Below are positions 51,001 through 62,395 of a stretch of 64,000 nt of DNA, one piece after another. Made by a program: the position numbers and the translations under genes. Each line of letters opens with the position of its first letter. Position 1 is the first letter of the stretch. The notes below the pieces were generated by a model that did no database searches, was not told where the DNA came from, and worked only from the letters and a program-made list of their open reading frames with translations. Source of the stretch: Carcharhinus amblyrhynchos (lineage: Eukaryota). Where the stretch lies: positions 49,352,001-49,416,000 of the forward strand of contig OZ336885.1 of the NCBI GenBank assembly GCA_965287045.1. Reading direction: 5' to 3'.

Positions 51001-51945
51001 ATTTCCGCTTGGTCAAGTTATTAGAGGCAATTAGTGGGGGGCATATTTCAGCAGTGGTAAGGACCTTCAGGAGAGAAAGGAAACAATTATTTTTAAAGAA
51101 ATGCATTTATTTAGAATTATTCAGCCAACATGACTTGTGTGAATCCATGATCCCACAGTGACTTCATAGGTGTAACATCACATTCCCAATTTCTTGCCTC
51201 ACATGTTCTGTGTAAACAGCTTCCTTTTTGGAGTCCTGGATCTTAGAACTATCTGCCTTGGCTGAAAGGCAGAGAGTGAGCCCAGGTGAAGATCACTAAC
51301 TATATTGCTGTGCAGCTAACCCAGGGGATCGATCACTTATGATTGACATCTCCACTTGACAGCAGGGCTTAAATAAGGAAGTCACTGTGTAAAACATTTC
51401 ACATGGTGATGAGTACCAGCCCCCTCTCAGGATCACAGTGATCTCTACTGCATGTTGGGATGGTATGCAGGTAAGATTGGTCATGCCCGTCAGCAGAAAG
51501 CAAATCCATTTTAGTAAATGTTTTAATGTATCGGACAGGTAGACACATCTAATAAAGCACAATGATGACCGAAAGCACTGGTCTAAATTTCTGAAGCATC
51601 CAGTTAAAGAAAAATAATATCATAATATCTTTAAAAGTCATCGAATGGATCCACCTGGATTTTTTTCTTTATTCATTTACACGATGTGGGTGTAACTGGC
51701 TAGGCCAAAATTTATTGTCCTTCCAGAAGGTGGTGGTGAGCTGCCTTCTCGAACTGCTCCAGTCCCTGAGGAGTAGGTATATACAGAGCGCTGTTAGAGA
51801 GGAAGTTGCCTGATTTTGACCCAGCAACCTTAAAGGAATGGTGATATATTTCCAAGATGTGGGTATGCCGGCGTTGGACTGGCGTAAACACAGTGAAAAG
51901 TCTGACAACACCAGGTTTTAGTCCAACCTATTTATTTGATAATAT

Positions 51946-51984
51946 ACTCACAAGCTTTCGGGTTAGTCCCTTCGTCAGGTGAAT
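51946..51984 (-). ncRNA. Minimal type I hammerhead ribozyme motif (mirror copy)
   Basis: Exact reverse complement of 52431-52469. Confidence 0.75.
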
Positions 51985-52430
51985 GGAGAGTTCTGGCCTC
52001 AGACAGAGCATATAAAGCACAGACAGTTTAGAGATTACTGATTAGAATGCGAATCCTTACACCTAACCTGCTGTTCAAGACCTGAAGTGGCTGATAATGT
52101 GAGTGGAAGGAGCACTGATCACAGTTTAAAGAGATGTGTATTGTCTCCAGACAGTACAGTAAGTGAGGTTTTGCAAACCCAGGCAAGTCACGGGGGTTAC
52201 AGATAGTGTGACATGTAACCCCCGTGACTTGCCTGAGTTTGCAAAACCTCACTTACTGTACTGTCTGGAGACAATACACATCTCTTTAAACTGTGATCAG
52301 TGCTCCTTCCACTCACATTATCAGCCACTTCAGGTCTTGAACAGCAGGTTAGGTGTAAGGATTCGCATTCTAATCAGTAATCTCTAAACTGTCTGTGCTT
52401 TATATGCTCTGTCTGAGGCCAGAACTCTCC

Positions 52431-52469
52431 ATTCACCTGACGAAGGGACTAACCCGAAAGCTTGTGAGT
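52431..52469 (+). ncRNA. Minimal type I hammerhead ribozyme motif (PLE-associated)
   Basis: ATTCAC-CTGACGA-A-GGGACTAACCC-GAAA-GCTT-GTGAGT: core CUGANGA/GAAA, stem I, stem II and palindromic AAGCTT stem III. Confidence 0.75.
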
Positions 52470-53904
52470 ATATTATCAAATAAATAGGTTGGACTAAAAC
52501 CTGGTGTTGTCAGACTTTTCACGATATATTTCCAAGTCAGGATGGGATGTGGCTTGAGCAAAAACTTGATGGCACACACAGCTTTCATTGCATTGGCGGT
52601 GAAGGGATTGAATGTTTGAAGTAATGGATAGGGTGTCAATTAGGCAAGCTGTTTTTTTCTTGGATGGTTCAAGCTTCTTGAGTGTTGTTGGAGCTGTACT
52701 CATCCAGGAAAGTGGAGAGTATTTCATCACACTCCTGACATGTGCCTTTTAGATGGTCGCTATCCTCTACCTTGAATATAACCCAGAATACAGCCATAAC
52801 CTTACACAGTGTTCAAAACAATTTGCAACTCCTCAAACACTTAAGCAGTCCATGCCATATGCAGCAAGATCTGGACAACATTCAGGCTTGGATTGACAAC
52901 CTGACAAATACCATTTGTGATGTAGAGATGCCGGCAACCTGACAAACACCATTTGTGCCAGAGAAGTGCCAGATAATGGCCATCTCCAACAAATGAGAAT
53001 TTAACCATCACCCCTTGACAGAGAATGACATTACCATTATTGATTCCCTCACTATCAACATCCTGGTGGTTGACCAGAAAATAATTGGTTGTGATTGTAA
53101 TAGGATCAAAGAGCTTGCTGACAATTGCTTTTGAAGTTTGCACACTTAGAATATTTACTTGGGTAAGGCACTAGAGATATCTTCAGAGTGTCAGTCTTTG
53201 ATCACATCTGAGTTGGAAAGTCTTGGGTTTGTCGTTCTACTCTAGAAACTTGAGCACCTAATGGCATCTTAAATGGGAACAGAGGCCACCTAAATCAAAT
53301 CGCACTCAGGCACTGCACTGGTTGAGATAGAGTGATAACTATTTTTGTCTTTCTTCACACTGAAAACTGAAGCAGCAAGGAAACATTATACTTTAGGTGC
53401 ATTAAATGTGAGCAATGGGACCATGGCTTTCCAGTGCTGATGTGGAGTGAGCCCTTGGTGGATGAAGAGACAAAGCAGGAGTGATCTGAGTGGAACATGT
53501 GGCAAGTGTAGAATGTTTGGGAGAAACAGGTGACTTTGTTCCCAAAGCTCTCCACCACTTGAACCATCTCTGGCTGTGTTGTCCATAACTGAGAGAATGT
53601 AATTATAATGAATGGTCAAGAGCTCAACAACTCAAGTATCACATGACATGGCAAATGCAATAACAGAAATTTCGTGAGATGGTTCATGACCTTTACTTCT
53701 TTTGTAATTCCTATGTTTATGATATGCACAGTACTGCCATTTGATTCTTCTGCAGAGAAGAGAACTTCTCTCATAGTGCTTTCAAAACTGCTTTTCATTA
53801 CAATGAAATTACAATGTAATCACAACGATCTCTTTTGTAATATACAAAGGGAAATTGAAAACACATATTCTGGCCATTTATTAGTTATTTTTATGTCTAT
53901 CTGG

Positions 53905-54852
53905 ATTGATTAGTAAGTTTGCGGACGATAGAAAGATTGATGGATTTGCTGATAGTGATGAGGACCATCAGAGGATACAGCAGAATATAGATCAATTGGA
54001 GACTTGAACGGATAGATGGCAGATGGAGTTTAATTCAGACAAATGTGAGGTAATGCATTTTGGAAGGTCTAATACAGATAGGAAATGTACAGTAAAAGAC
54101 AAAACTCTTAAGAGTATTGATAGGCAAAGGGATCTGGGTGTACAGGTACACAGGTCACTGAAAGTGGCAATGCAGGTGGATAAGTTAGTCAAGAAGGCAT
54201 ACGGCATGCTTGTCTTCATCGGCCGGGGTATTGAGTTTAAAAATTGGCAAGTCATGTTGATGCTTTATAGAACCTTAGTGAGGCTACGCTTGGAGTATAG
54301 TGTTCAATTCTGGTCGCCACACCACCAGAAAAATGTGGAAACTTTGGAGAGGGTACAGAAAAGATTTACCAGGATGTTGCCTGGTACGGAGGTTGCCGAG
54401 TATGGTATAGTATGAGGAGAGGTTGGAAAAGCTTGGTTTGTTCTTACTGGAGTGATGGAGGTTGAGGGGAGACCTGATAGAAGTCTACAGGATTATGAGA
54501 GGCATGGACAGAGTCGATAGTCAGAAGCTTTTTCCCAGGGTGAAAGAGTCAATTACTAAGGGGCATAGGTTTAAGGTGCAAGGGGCAAGTTTTAAAAGAG
54601 ATGAATGAATTAGATTTTTTACACAGAAACTGGTGGGTGCCTGGAACCCATTGCTGGGGGAGTTAGTGGAAGCACATATGGTAGTGACATTTAAGGGGCG
54701 TCTTGACAAGTACATGAATAGGATGGGAGTAGAAGGATATGGTTCCCGGAAATGTAGGGGGTTTTAGTTAAGTCAGGCAGCATGGTTGGTGCAAACTTGG
54801 AGGGCCGAAGGGCATGTTCCTGTTCTGTAATTTTCTTTGTTCTTTGTTCTTT
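53905..54852 (+). mobile_element. CR1 LINE, 5'-truncated
   Basis: SKFADD; MEFNSDKCEVMHFGRSN...LEYSVQFWSPH; GGGCCGAAGGGC and (TTCTTTG)n tail. Confidence 0.92.
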
Positions 54853-56725
54853 GAGAGCAAGAGTTCACATTAGCTCTCTTTTATGTTGACACACTTTTAA
54901 CATTCCGCTTTGTTGGATTCAAAACTTTAAAAATGCTGGAAATTAAATGATGCAATCAAACTACACAGAAGAATTTTGTTACTTAGGATTAAGGTTCTAA
55001 ATGTAAGTGCGAGAGAAAAACATTTGTATTCTGGATTGGTAGTCAGGCAGAGTCCCAATTAGTTAGGTTTGGTAACCTACCAACCCAGAGCAAACCTTTG
55101 AATAGTGGTAGCATTCCCACCTTGGAGTCCAAAGATGCAGCTCTCAAACACCATTCCAAACTGTCCTGATGAGTGGAGACTAGAGGGTTTCATTCTGATT
55201 TCTGTATTGCCATTGAGCAGGGCTGGGAGATTCCCAGCTTATTAACTACTATATGGATGTCAAAGAGGGATTGCTCACCTAAGACTGTTAATCAGCCAGT
55301 GAATCCAGTCACTACTTCTCACCATTCTCCAGGAGAAGAGTACACAGATGTCAAAGGCCAGTACTAACAAAGAAAGCTCACTTCCTGGTTTGTTTTGTCT
55401 CATTTTGTCTAAGCAAGCAAGGACCCGTGCACAATAGAAAAATAATGTTTGTGCAGAGAAATGAAAATTACAGGCAGAATTAAATGTTCACCAGTTGGAA
55501 AGCCAACAACAAACACTTTTGGGAGGCCTAGGAAGAATGAGGTACTTATTAGGTATTGTTAGGCTCCTATTGAATTAAACTTGGTGTAGAACAGAATTCA
55601 CCAACATCCCCCACCGCGCCTCCCCCCGCCCCCCCACCCCGTCCCCGAGAGCCTCCAGCCAGTCAGAGGTCAGCAGTTTTCCAGTACCAGGGACTGAGGT
55701 CACTGCTGGTATAATTATGGGGCCTATCAGGATGATCGCTGACATACTCTGAGAGAGGTTAGGTGAAGCAGGATGGGCATCCTAGAAATGGGGGTGCCAG
55801 CAAGGAGGGATAGGGGTTGACAGCAAGTGAAGTAGGGTATCTTCTATTGGCACCTCCCCCTCCACCTTCCTAATGCCAAGTCCTCAGGGTTGGCCAGACA
55901 GGCAGTCCCACCTGGCAAGTTCCCCACTGGCCACTGGTAGATCTCCAGCAATGGTGGGATATGATCCTCAAGTGATCTTTGAATGACCTGAATTGGTCTC
56001 TGAACAGGATAGCTACTATCCAACCTTCCTACCCAGAGCTTGATCAGGAGCACAGAGGAGTCTCCACCCCACATCCTTCCATTCAATCAAATGCACCCCC
56101 AGCCTTCCAATGTACCTCTGGCGGTGGGGGTGATATAAAAACAACCCCTGCACCCCCCTCCCTTCCTCCAGAGTTTCTGCAGTTGTCAGGTATATGAATG
56201 CCACAATCTTGCTAGTGGTGCTTGCTTATTGAATTGTAGGTCACAGACTGGTCACATTGGCTCTCCAATTCACATTCCTGTCAAGCAAGGCTACATAGTG
56301 AGATGGCGTGATTGTTGAATAATCCCTTTGATGAATACCTTCGATTATGAGCAAGCTCAGTAGCTACTTGTGCCATGCCAGTCATCCATTTAGCATTACT
56401 TTTGGTTGATCTCACATGGGGGCATCACGTTAATATGTTTACTGCACAGAGCTGAATTATCATTTGGTAAATACTATTAGAAAGGACACTCAGAAGTAAT
56501 GCATTTTAATGTGTGTGTGGATGCTTTTTTCAAAGGCCCGATAACCACCCAGCTTAATCGAGTATTTCAGCAATTGTTCACAAATTCTGACACAGTTAAC
56601 TGAAGCCAAATGACACTAAAATAAGGCAAAATACTGTAAGTACTGGGGATTGGAAATGAAAACAAAAAGTGCTGGAAAAGCTCAGCAGGACTGGCAATAT
56701 CTATGGTGAGAGAAACTGAGTTATT

Positions 56726-56862
56726 GGCCAAAATCCTCCCGTTTCTCCGGCTGCAGGAATCATAATGGGCGTGACAGAAAATTTGCTGGTTCATTGAAAG
56801 GTCTGTTGAGCTTGGGGGAGAATTTGCATTCTTCTGGAGTGCGCAGCCAGAAAATCCTGCCC
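56726..56862. mobile_element. MITE (Harbinger-like family)
   Basis: Ends GAAAATCCTGCCC; body similar to 11509-11634. Confidence 0.55.
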
Positions 56863-57588
56863 AGTGTTTCTTAGGAACTGTATTAGATTAACATCCTCCA
56901 CACAGGGACAAGCAAATGTAGATTATATGATGTTTTACTCGATATGTCCATTCCATCCACATGTCCAACCCCATCACTCATCACCTCAATTTCCCATTCC
57001 ACTTCCATTCATCCCCACTTTGTACAGCTGCATTCATTTGAAGTCACTTGTTTCTTGTGTTCTACCGACTCTTATTGAATTGGCTCAAGACCTACAGAAG
57101 AGGACGAGGGGGATCATCCATTCGGCACTTCTGTCTGAAGATTGTTGCAAGTGCTACACCCTTATCTTCTACACTGATGCGCTGGGCTCCTCCATCATTG
57201 AGGATGGGGATATTTGTGGATCCTTCTCAGCAATTGTACCTTCATCCAAGTCATTTATATAAATTGTAAAAAGTTGATGCCACAGCACTGCGACACATCA
57301 CTTGTCATACCCTGCTAACCAGAAAAAGGCCCATTTAAGCCAACTCACTGTTTCCTGTTTGTTAACCAATCTTCAATCCATGCAATTGTTACCGCCGATA
57401 CCATGAGCTTTTATTTTCCACAATAATCTTTGATCTGGGATATTACTGGTTGTTTGGTTGGTTGAAAGAAACTCTGTAAAGCTACGCCATCAGGACTGTT
57501 GTGACCTGAGGGTAAGACAATTTGATTTGATTTGATTTATTATTGTCACGTGTATTGGAATATAGTGGAAAGTATTGTTTCTTGCATA

Positions 57589-58591
57589 CAAAGAACAAAG
57601 AACAAAGAACAACACAGCACGGGAAACAGGCCCTTCGGCCCAACGAGCCCGCGCCGCCGTCCCATTGTCTCAGTGACCTATTCATGATTTTAGTCTACGC
57701 CTAATGTGCGAGGATCAGGGAGGTCCAATATAGGGACAATTTGTTACCCAATCAATCAGCCTAAAAACACATCTTTGGGATGTAGGAGGAAACCGGAGCA
57801 CCCGGAGGAAACCCACGCAACCACGGGGAGAACGTGCAAACTCCCACAGACACAGGCCCAAATCCATGTGTCCGCACAGCAACAGAGATAGTCTCTGAGC
57901 TGTCATGTTGCCCTCGAGATGGTCCAGTTTAAGCACACTAACGACATGAAGCAATAGGCAACTCCCGAAGCAGCGTCCAAGAGCAGCCCACTACAACCTG
58001 CCGCATGCATGCCCCTTGCTGGTCAACAAGGTGGACTTAAATGCCTGTGGAGACAAAAAATTCATTATTAAACAGGCAAAGACTGTAACATCCCTGAGGC
58101 AAAAAACGTAATCCCAAGACTACAATGTTTAGTAAGGCCTGCTATATCCCCCTATATGTAGACCGCTCATGTGGCTGTCTAAGTGACTCTTAAACAACCC
58201 TAGCGTGCCCACTTCCACCACCTTACTCGGCAGTGCATTCCACACCCCCACTACCCTTTGCGTGAAAAACTGCCCTCTAATATTTGTCTTACACCTAGCC
58301 CCCCTCACCCTAAGCCCGTGACCCCTCGTTCTATCCATTTCTAATAGCGGAAAAAGCTTACCACCATTTACTCTATCTATCCCCTTCATAATCTTATAAA
58401 CTTCTATTAGATCCCCCTCAGCCGACGTCTCTCAAGGGAAAACAGCCCAAGTTCGTTCAATCTTTCCTCGTAAGACAGCCCTTCCATACCAGGCAGCATC
58501 CTGGTAAATCTCCTCTGCACTCTCTCCAGGATCTCTACATCCTTCCGGTAGTACGGCCACCAGAACTGGACGCAGTACTCCAAGTGAGGCC
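57589..58591 (-). mobile_element. CR1 LINE (RT C-terminus, one frameshift) with ~540-nt 3' UTR containing a V-SINE body
   Basis: [11 protein letters not shown]...FFTQRVVGVWNALP...stop at 58129; UTR homologous to 19802-20291; (TTCTTTG)n tail. Confidence 0.9.
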
Positions 58592-58602
58592 TATACATCA
58601 GA

Positions 58603-58710
58603 ACTCCCACCCACCTAACGAAGGAACAGCCAGTTCCAAAAGCTAGTGGTGTTTGCTACAAATAAACCTGTTGGACTTTAACTTGATGTTGTGTCGCTTC
58701 TTACTGTGTG
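58603..58710 (+). mobile_element. Penelope-like terminal fragment with degenerate hammerhead
   Basis: CCAC-CTAACGA-AGGAA...TTCC-AAAAGCTA-GTGG followed by AAATAAACCTGTTGGACTTTAAC. Confidence 0.75.
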
Positions 58711-59204
58711 TACTGATGGTAACCATACCTGTGAAACTTGAAGGTCAAAGTTGGTTTCAGATAGGATTCCTAAACAACTCTGCATGAATAAACAACATAT
58801 TGTGGAGCTGTGTACCTAAATAGTGCCACACTTGTGTAGTAAGTGAAGCGGATGCATGTGGTAGCCTAAGACATATCTTTGTTATAACAACTATGTAATG
58901 TGAAATTTACCTTTTAATTTGAAGAATCATGTGCCCATTCACGTTTATTTTATCTCGACTTTGATTTGCATTGGTTACAAAGTGCAATCCTGTGAATAAT
59001 TTCTTCATTTAGGGGTCATTCAGGAAATTTCATTAATTTGGTTTATAGTTATCCCTCCTCCCCCAAGAATCATAATAGCATCATTTGCCATAACAAATCT
59101 TAATTTGGAGAAAGGAGACTTTTCACCAAGGGCTGTGAAAATTAACAGATTAACTCATTGCAATTAATCTATTAACCATTTTAAATGAAAATTGGATGAT
59201 GTAC

Positions 59205-59480
59205 AAATTGTGGGTTTTTCACATTCTCCCTGTGCCTGTGTGGGTTTCCTTCAGATACTCCTATTTCCTCCCAAAGTCTAAAGATATGAAGGTTAAGCGG
59301 ATCGATCATGCTAAACTGTCCCCGAGTATCCCAAGATATGTAGGTTAAGGGGATTAACAGGGTAAATGTGTAGGATTACAGGGATAGGGCCTGGTTAAAA
59401 TGCTCCATCTGAGAGTCAGTGCAAACTTGTTAGGCCAAATGGCCTACATCTGCACTGCAAGGATTATATGATTCTACGAT
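59205..59480 (+). mobile_element. HE1-type V-SINE (5'-truncated)
   Basis: V-domain and CR1-type tail. Confidence 0.8.
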
Positions 59481-59711
59481 GATACATAGAATTTACAGCA
59501 CAGAGTAAGGTCATTTGTCTCAGTTTTGAGCTAATTTGTGTACAACATAGAAATATCTTCCTATGCTATTTAATCAAATTAGAAGCACAGGGCATGATTT
59601 TATGGCCTTATTCATTCTGGAACCGTAAAATCCCACCTGAGGTCAATGGACCTTTCCATTGTCTGCCCCTCTGATTCCCGTGGTGGTGGGGGTGCGGGGG
59701 GGGGCAGTAAA

Positions 59712-60005
59712 CTAGGAGCAGGAGTTGGCCATTTGTCCCTACCAGCCAACTCCGCTATTCAATACAATCATGGCTAATCCTCTATCTCAATGCTATAGGC
59801 TCACTTTCTCCACATACGTGTTGAGACATTAAAAACAAAAAAAAATTACATATCAATTTCTTGAATATATTCAGTGAGTTAGCCTCCATACATTTCTGTG
59901 ATCAAGAATTCCATAGGTCACTACCTTTCCAATGAAGAATTATTTCCTCATCTCAGTTCTAAATGATCTACCCCATATCCTGAGACTATGTTCCCTGGTT
60001 CAAAA
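59712..60005 (-). mobile_element. CR1 3' fragment
   Basis: AGGAGCAGGAGTTGGCCATT...CATGGCTAATC...GAATTCCA; same type as 3938-4422. Confidence 0.7.
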
Positions 60006-60970
60006 TTCTCCAACCCATGTTCAGCCTGTCCAGTCTTGTTCGAATTTTACACATTCAATCAAATCAGCTCTAAAACTTCTGTTCTATTTTTCTTCCCCCA
60101 TGTACTTACCTATGTATTCCTCAAATGCATCTGTGCTATAGTTAGCTGAACTACTTCATAGAGTAAAATGTTCTACACCACTCACTGGGCAAAGAAATTC
60201 CTTACTGAATTTATTAGATATGTCATATTCTGACCCCAGTCTCAGATTTCCGCGTAAGTAGAAATATTTCTATTTTCCACCATTAAAAAAGGATTGTATT
60301 TATATAGAGCTTTTCATAACCTCTGGATGTCTCAAACTGCTTGACAGCCAATGAGGAACAATTCTGTTGTAATATAGGGGGGAGAAAAGGGAGACACATG
60401 TGTACTGTCACACCCATTGCTGGAATGTGCAGTTTGAAAATATAAGGTGCACTCTCATATTTAATAGTGACCAGCAGCTGGAAATAATGAATGACCTGCC
60501 TGTTTACATCCTGCCCAATTGACTCCCACAGTGGTCAATGGAAACAAAAACTGAGCAGGCCAGAAGCTGGGTAGCCAATCCACCAAAGCTGATTTTCTGC
60601 CTGGTAAATTTGAAGCAAGGGCTCATGTTTCCTGAGAATGTGATTTAGTTCAGGGGAATTGTGTGGAGAATGTACCACAATGCAATCCGATTTCTTTCAC
60701 ATCTCACATGGCTAATGAGCCTTTCTAAGATGTAAATGTTGTAAAGTTCACTAATCCAATTGTAGCATGCATGTTTTAAAAGAAAATAGTCCCAAGAAAT
60801 TTGAGAAAGATCAATTTTTACTCGTAGTTCCTTGAAATTCTAAGAAAATATTTTATGGAGAAATGTCAGTATATTTTTAATAAGGAAAAATAAGCCCTAA
60901 ATAGGTGATATGGGAAGGAAGCACCTCATCAAATTCCTAGCGCCTTAATGCATTTTGAGCAAATCAAAGT

Positions 60971-61250
60971 AGGAGCTCTTGTGATTCAGTGGGTAGCAAC
61001 CCTGCTTCTGAGCCAGAAGCTCCGGGTTCAAGTCCCACCCCAGGATTTGATGGTCAAGGAAGGTGTATTCATAACATGATCAAACAGGTTGAATATGTCA
61101 ACCTGCAAATCCTTCCAATGTGCCAGTTGATGGGTGGTAACAGTGGGAGAGACTCCTGGTCAACCACATTTGGTATGAAGTGATGCCCCCTCAAGCTATA
61201 AGTCCCTAGTGACTGGCTAGCGATCTGTTCCAGGAATTACTAGCTATTGA
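60971..61250 (+). mobile_element. tRNA-derived SINE, non-V family
   Basis: CAGTGGGTAGCA A-box-like and GGGTTCAAGTCCC B-box; related copies at ~2180, ~30770 and ~46270. Confidence 0.75.
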
Positions 61251-61276
61251 AGCAGACAAATCACTTGAAAACTTTA

Positions 61277-61590
61277 GGGTGGCAGAATGGTTAGCACTTG
61301 TGCCTCACAGTGCCAGGGACCTGGGTTCCTGGCTTGGGTCACTGTTTGTGTAGAGTTTGCACGTTCTCCCCTTTTCTGTATGGGTTTCTTTCAGGAGCTC
61401 CGGTTTCCCCCAATCCAACGACGTGCATGTTAGGTGGATTAGCCATGCTAAATTGCCCCATAGTGTCGGGGGGACAAGCTAAGGTAAATGCATGGGGTTG
61501 TGGGGATGGGGCCTGGGTGGAATTGTGTTCGGTACAGACTTGGTAGGCCAAATGGCCGCCTTCAGCACTGTAGGATTCTATGATTTCTGT
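61277..61590 (+). mobile_element. HE1-type V-SINE
   Basis: Head, V-domain, CR1-type tail. Confidence 0.85.
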
Positions 61591-62051
61591 GAAATACTAT
61601 TGATACTTAGATAAATATAGCACGCATCAAGATCCCAGAAGCGGCAACAAGGTGATGGGGTTGGTTGATCTATGTATTAGTGTTGGGTCTGTAAAGATTC
61701 CTGGTCAGAACAGCAGGAGAATTCCCTTTCCTTCTTCATTAGAATGTCATGGACCTTTTTTAACCAATAATGAACCATCATGGTAAAAATACGTGCAAAA
61801 ACATTGATGATTATTAACAAGGATACAGCAGGAAATGTAACAAATTTATTGCTGTTGTAAATTACACTTTCCAGATAAAATTAGGCATTTAACAGATTTG
61901 TGCACTCAACTCAAACTGCCACTAAAATCATTGACTCAGTGAATAGATGTTTACTAATGAAAGTGACGCAAAACCAAGATGGAAGGTTAGATCAAATGTG
62001 CAGAAAAAAACCCTAAATATTTCTCAAGTGAAGAGAATGAGAGAAGACCGT

Positions 62052-62395
62052 TGGGGGATGGTGGCATAGTGGTAGTGCTATTGAGCTAGTAATCAAAAGG
62101 CCCAATCAAACCCTTGGGAACATGGGTTCAAATCCTGCCATGACAATTGGTGGAATTTAAATTCAATTCATAAATCTAGAATATAAAGCAAGTCTCAGCA
62201 ATGGTGATCATGACAACAGTCAATAATTGCAATAATAAAAAAACCCATCTGGTTCACTTATGTCCTATAGGGAAAGAAATCTTACATTTTATCTGGTGGT
62301 TAACTCTTAACTGCCCTCACTTCAAGGGTAATCAGGGTGAGCAATAAATGCTGGCCTTGTCAGGGACACTTACATCCCATGAGAAATAAATAAAA
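62052..62395 (+). mobile_element. tRNA-derived SINE sharing the tail of the ancient CR1/L2-group LINE
   Basis: TGGCATAGTGG A-box, GGGTTCAAATCC B-box, tail CAAGGG...GCAATAAATGCTGGCCTTG...CATCCCATG. Confidence 0.75.

Larger units (their letters stand above)
51857..52522. mobile_element. Penelope-like element remnant forming a near-perfect palindrome
   Basis: Arms 51893-52201 and 52214-52522 (309 bp, one mismatch seen), 12-bp spacer, 14-bp TSD GATATATTTCCAAG. Confidence 0.92.

Noticed and set aside
52028-52387. Mirror-image 74-aa ORFs on both strands
   Set aside because: Artefact of the Penelope palindrome
60971-61045. tRNA genes at SINE heads (also 6375-6446, 50478-50550, 62052-62140)
   Set aside because: A and B boxes are present but run into SINE bodies; no intact cloverleaf
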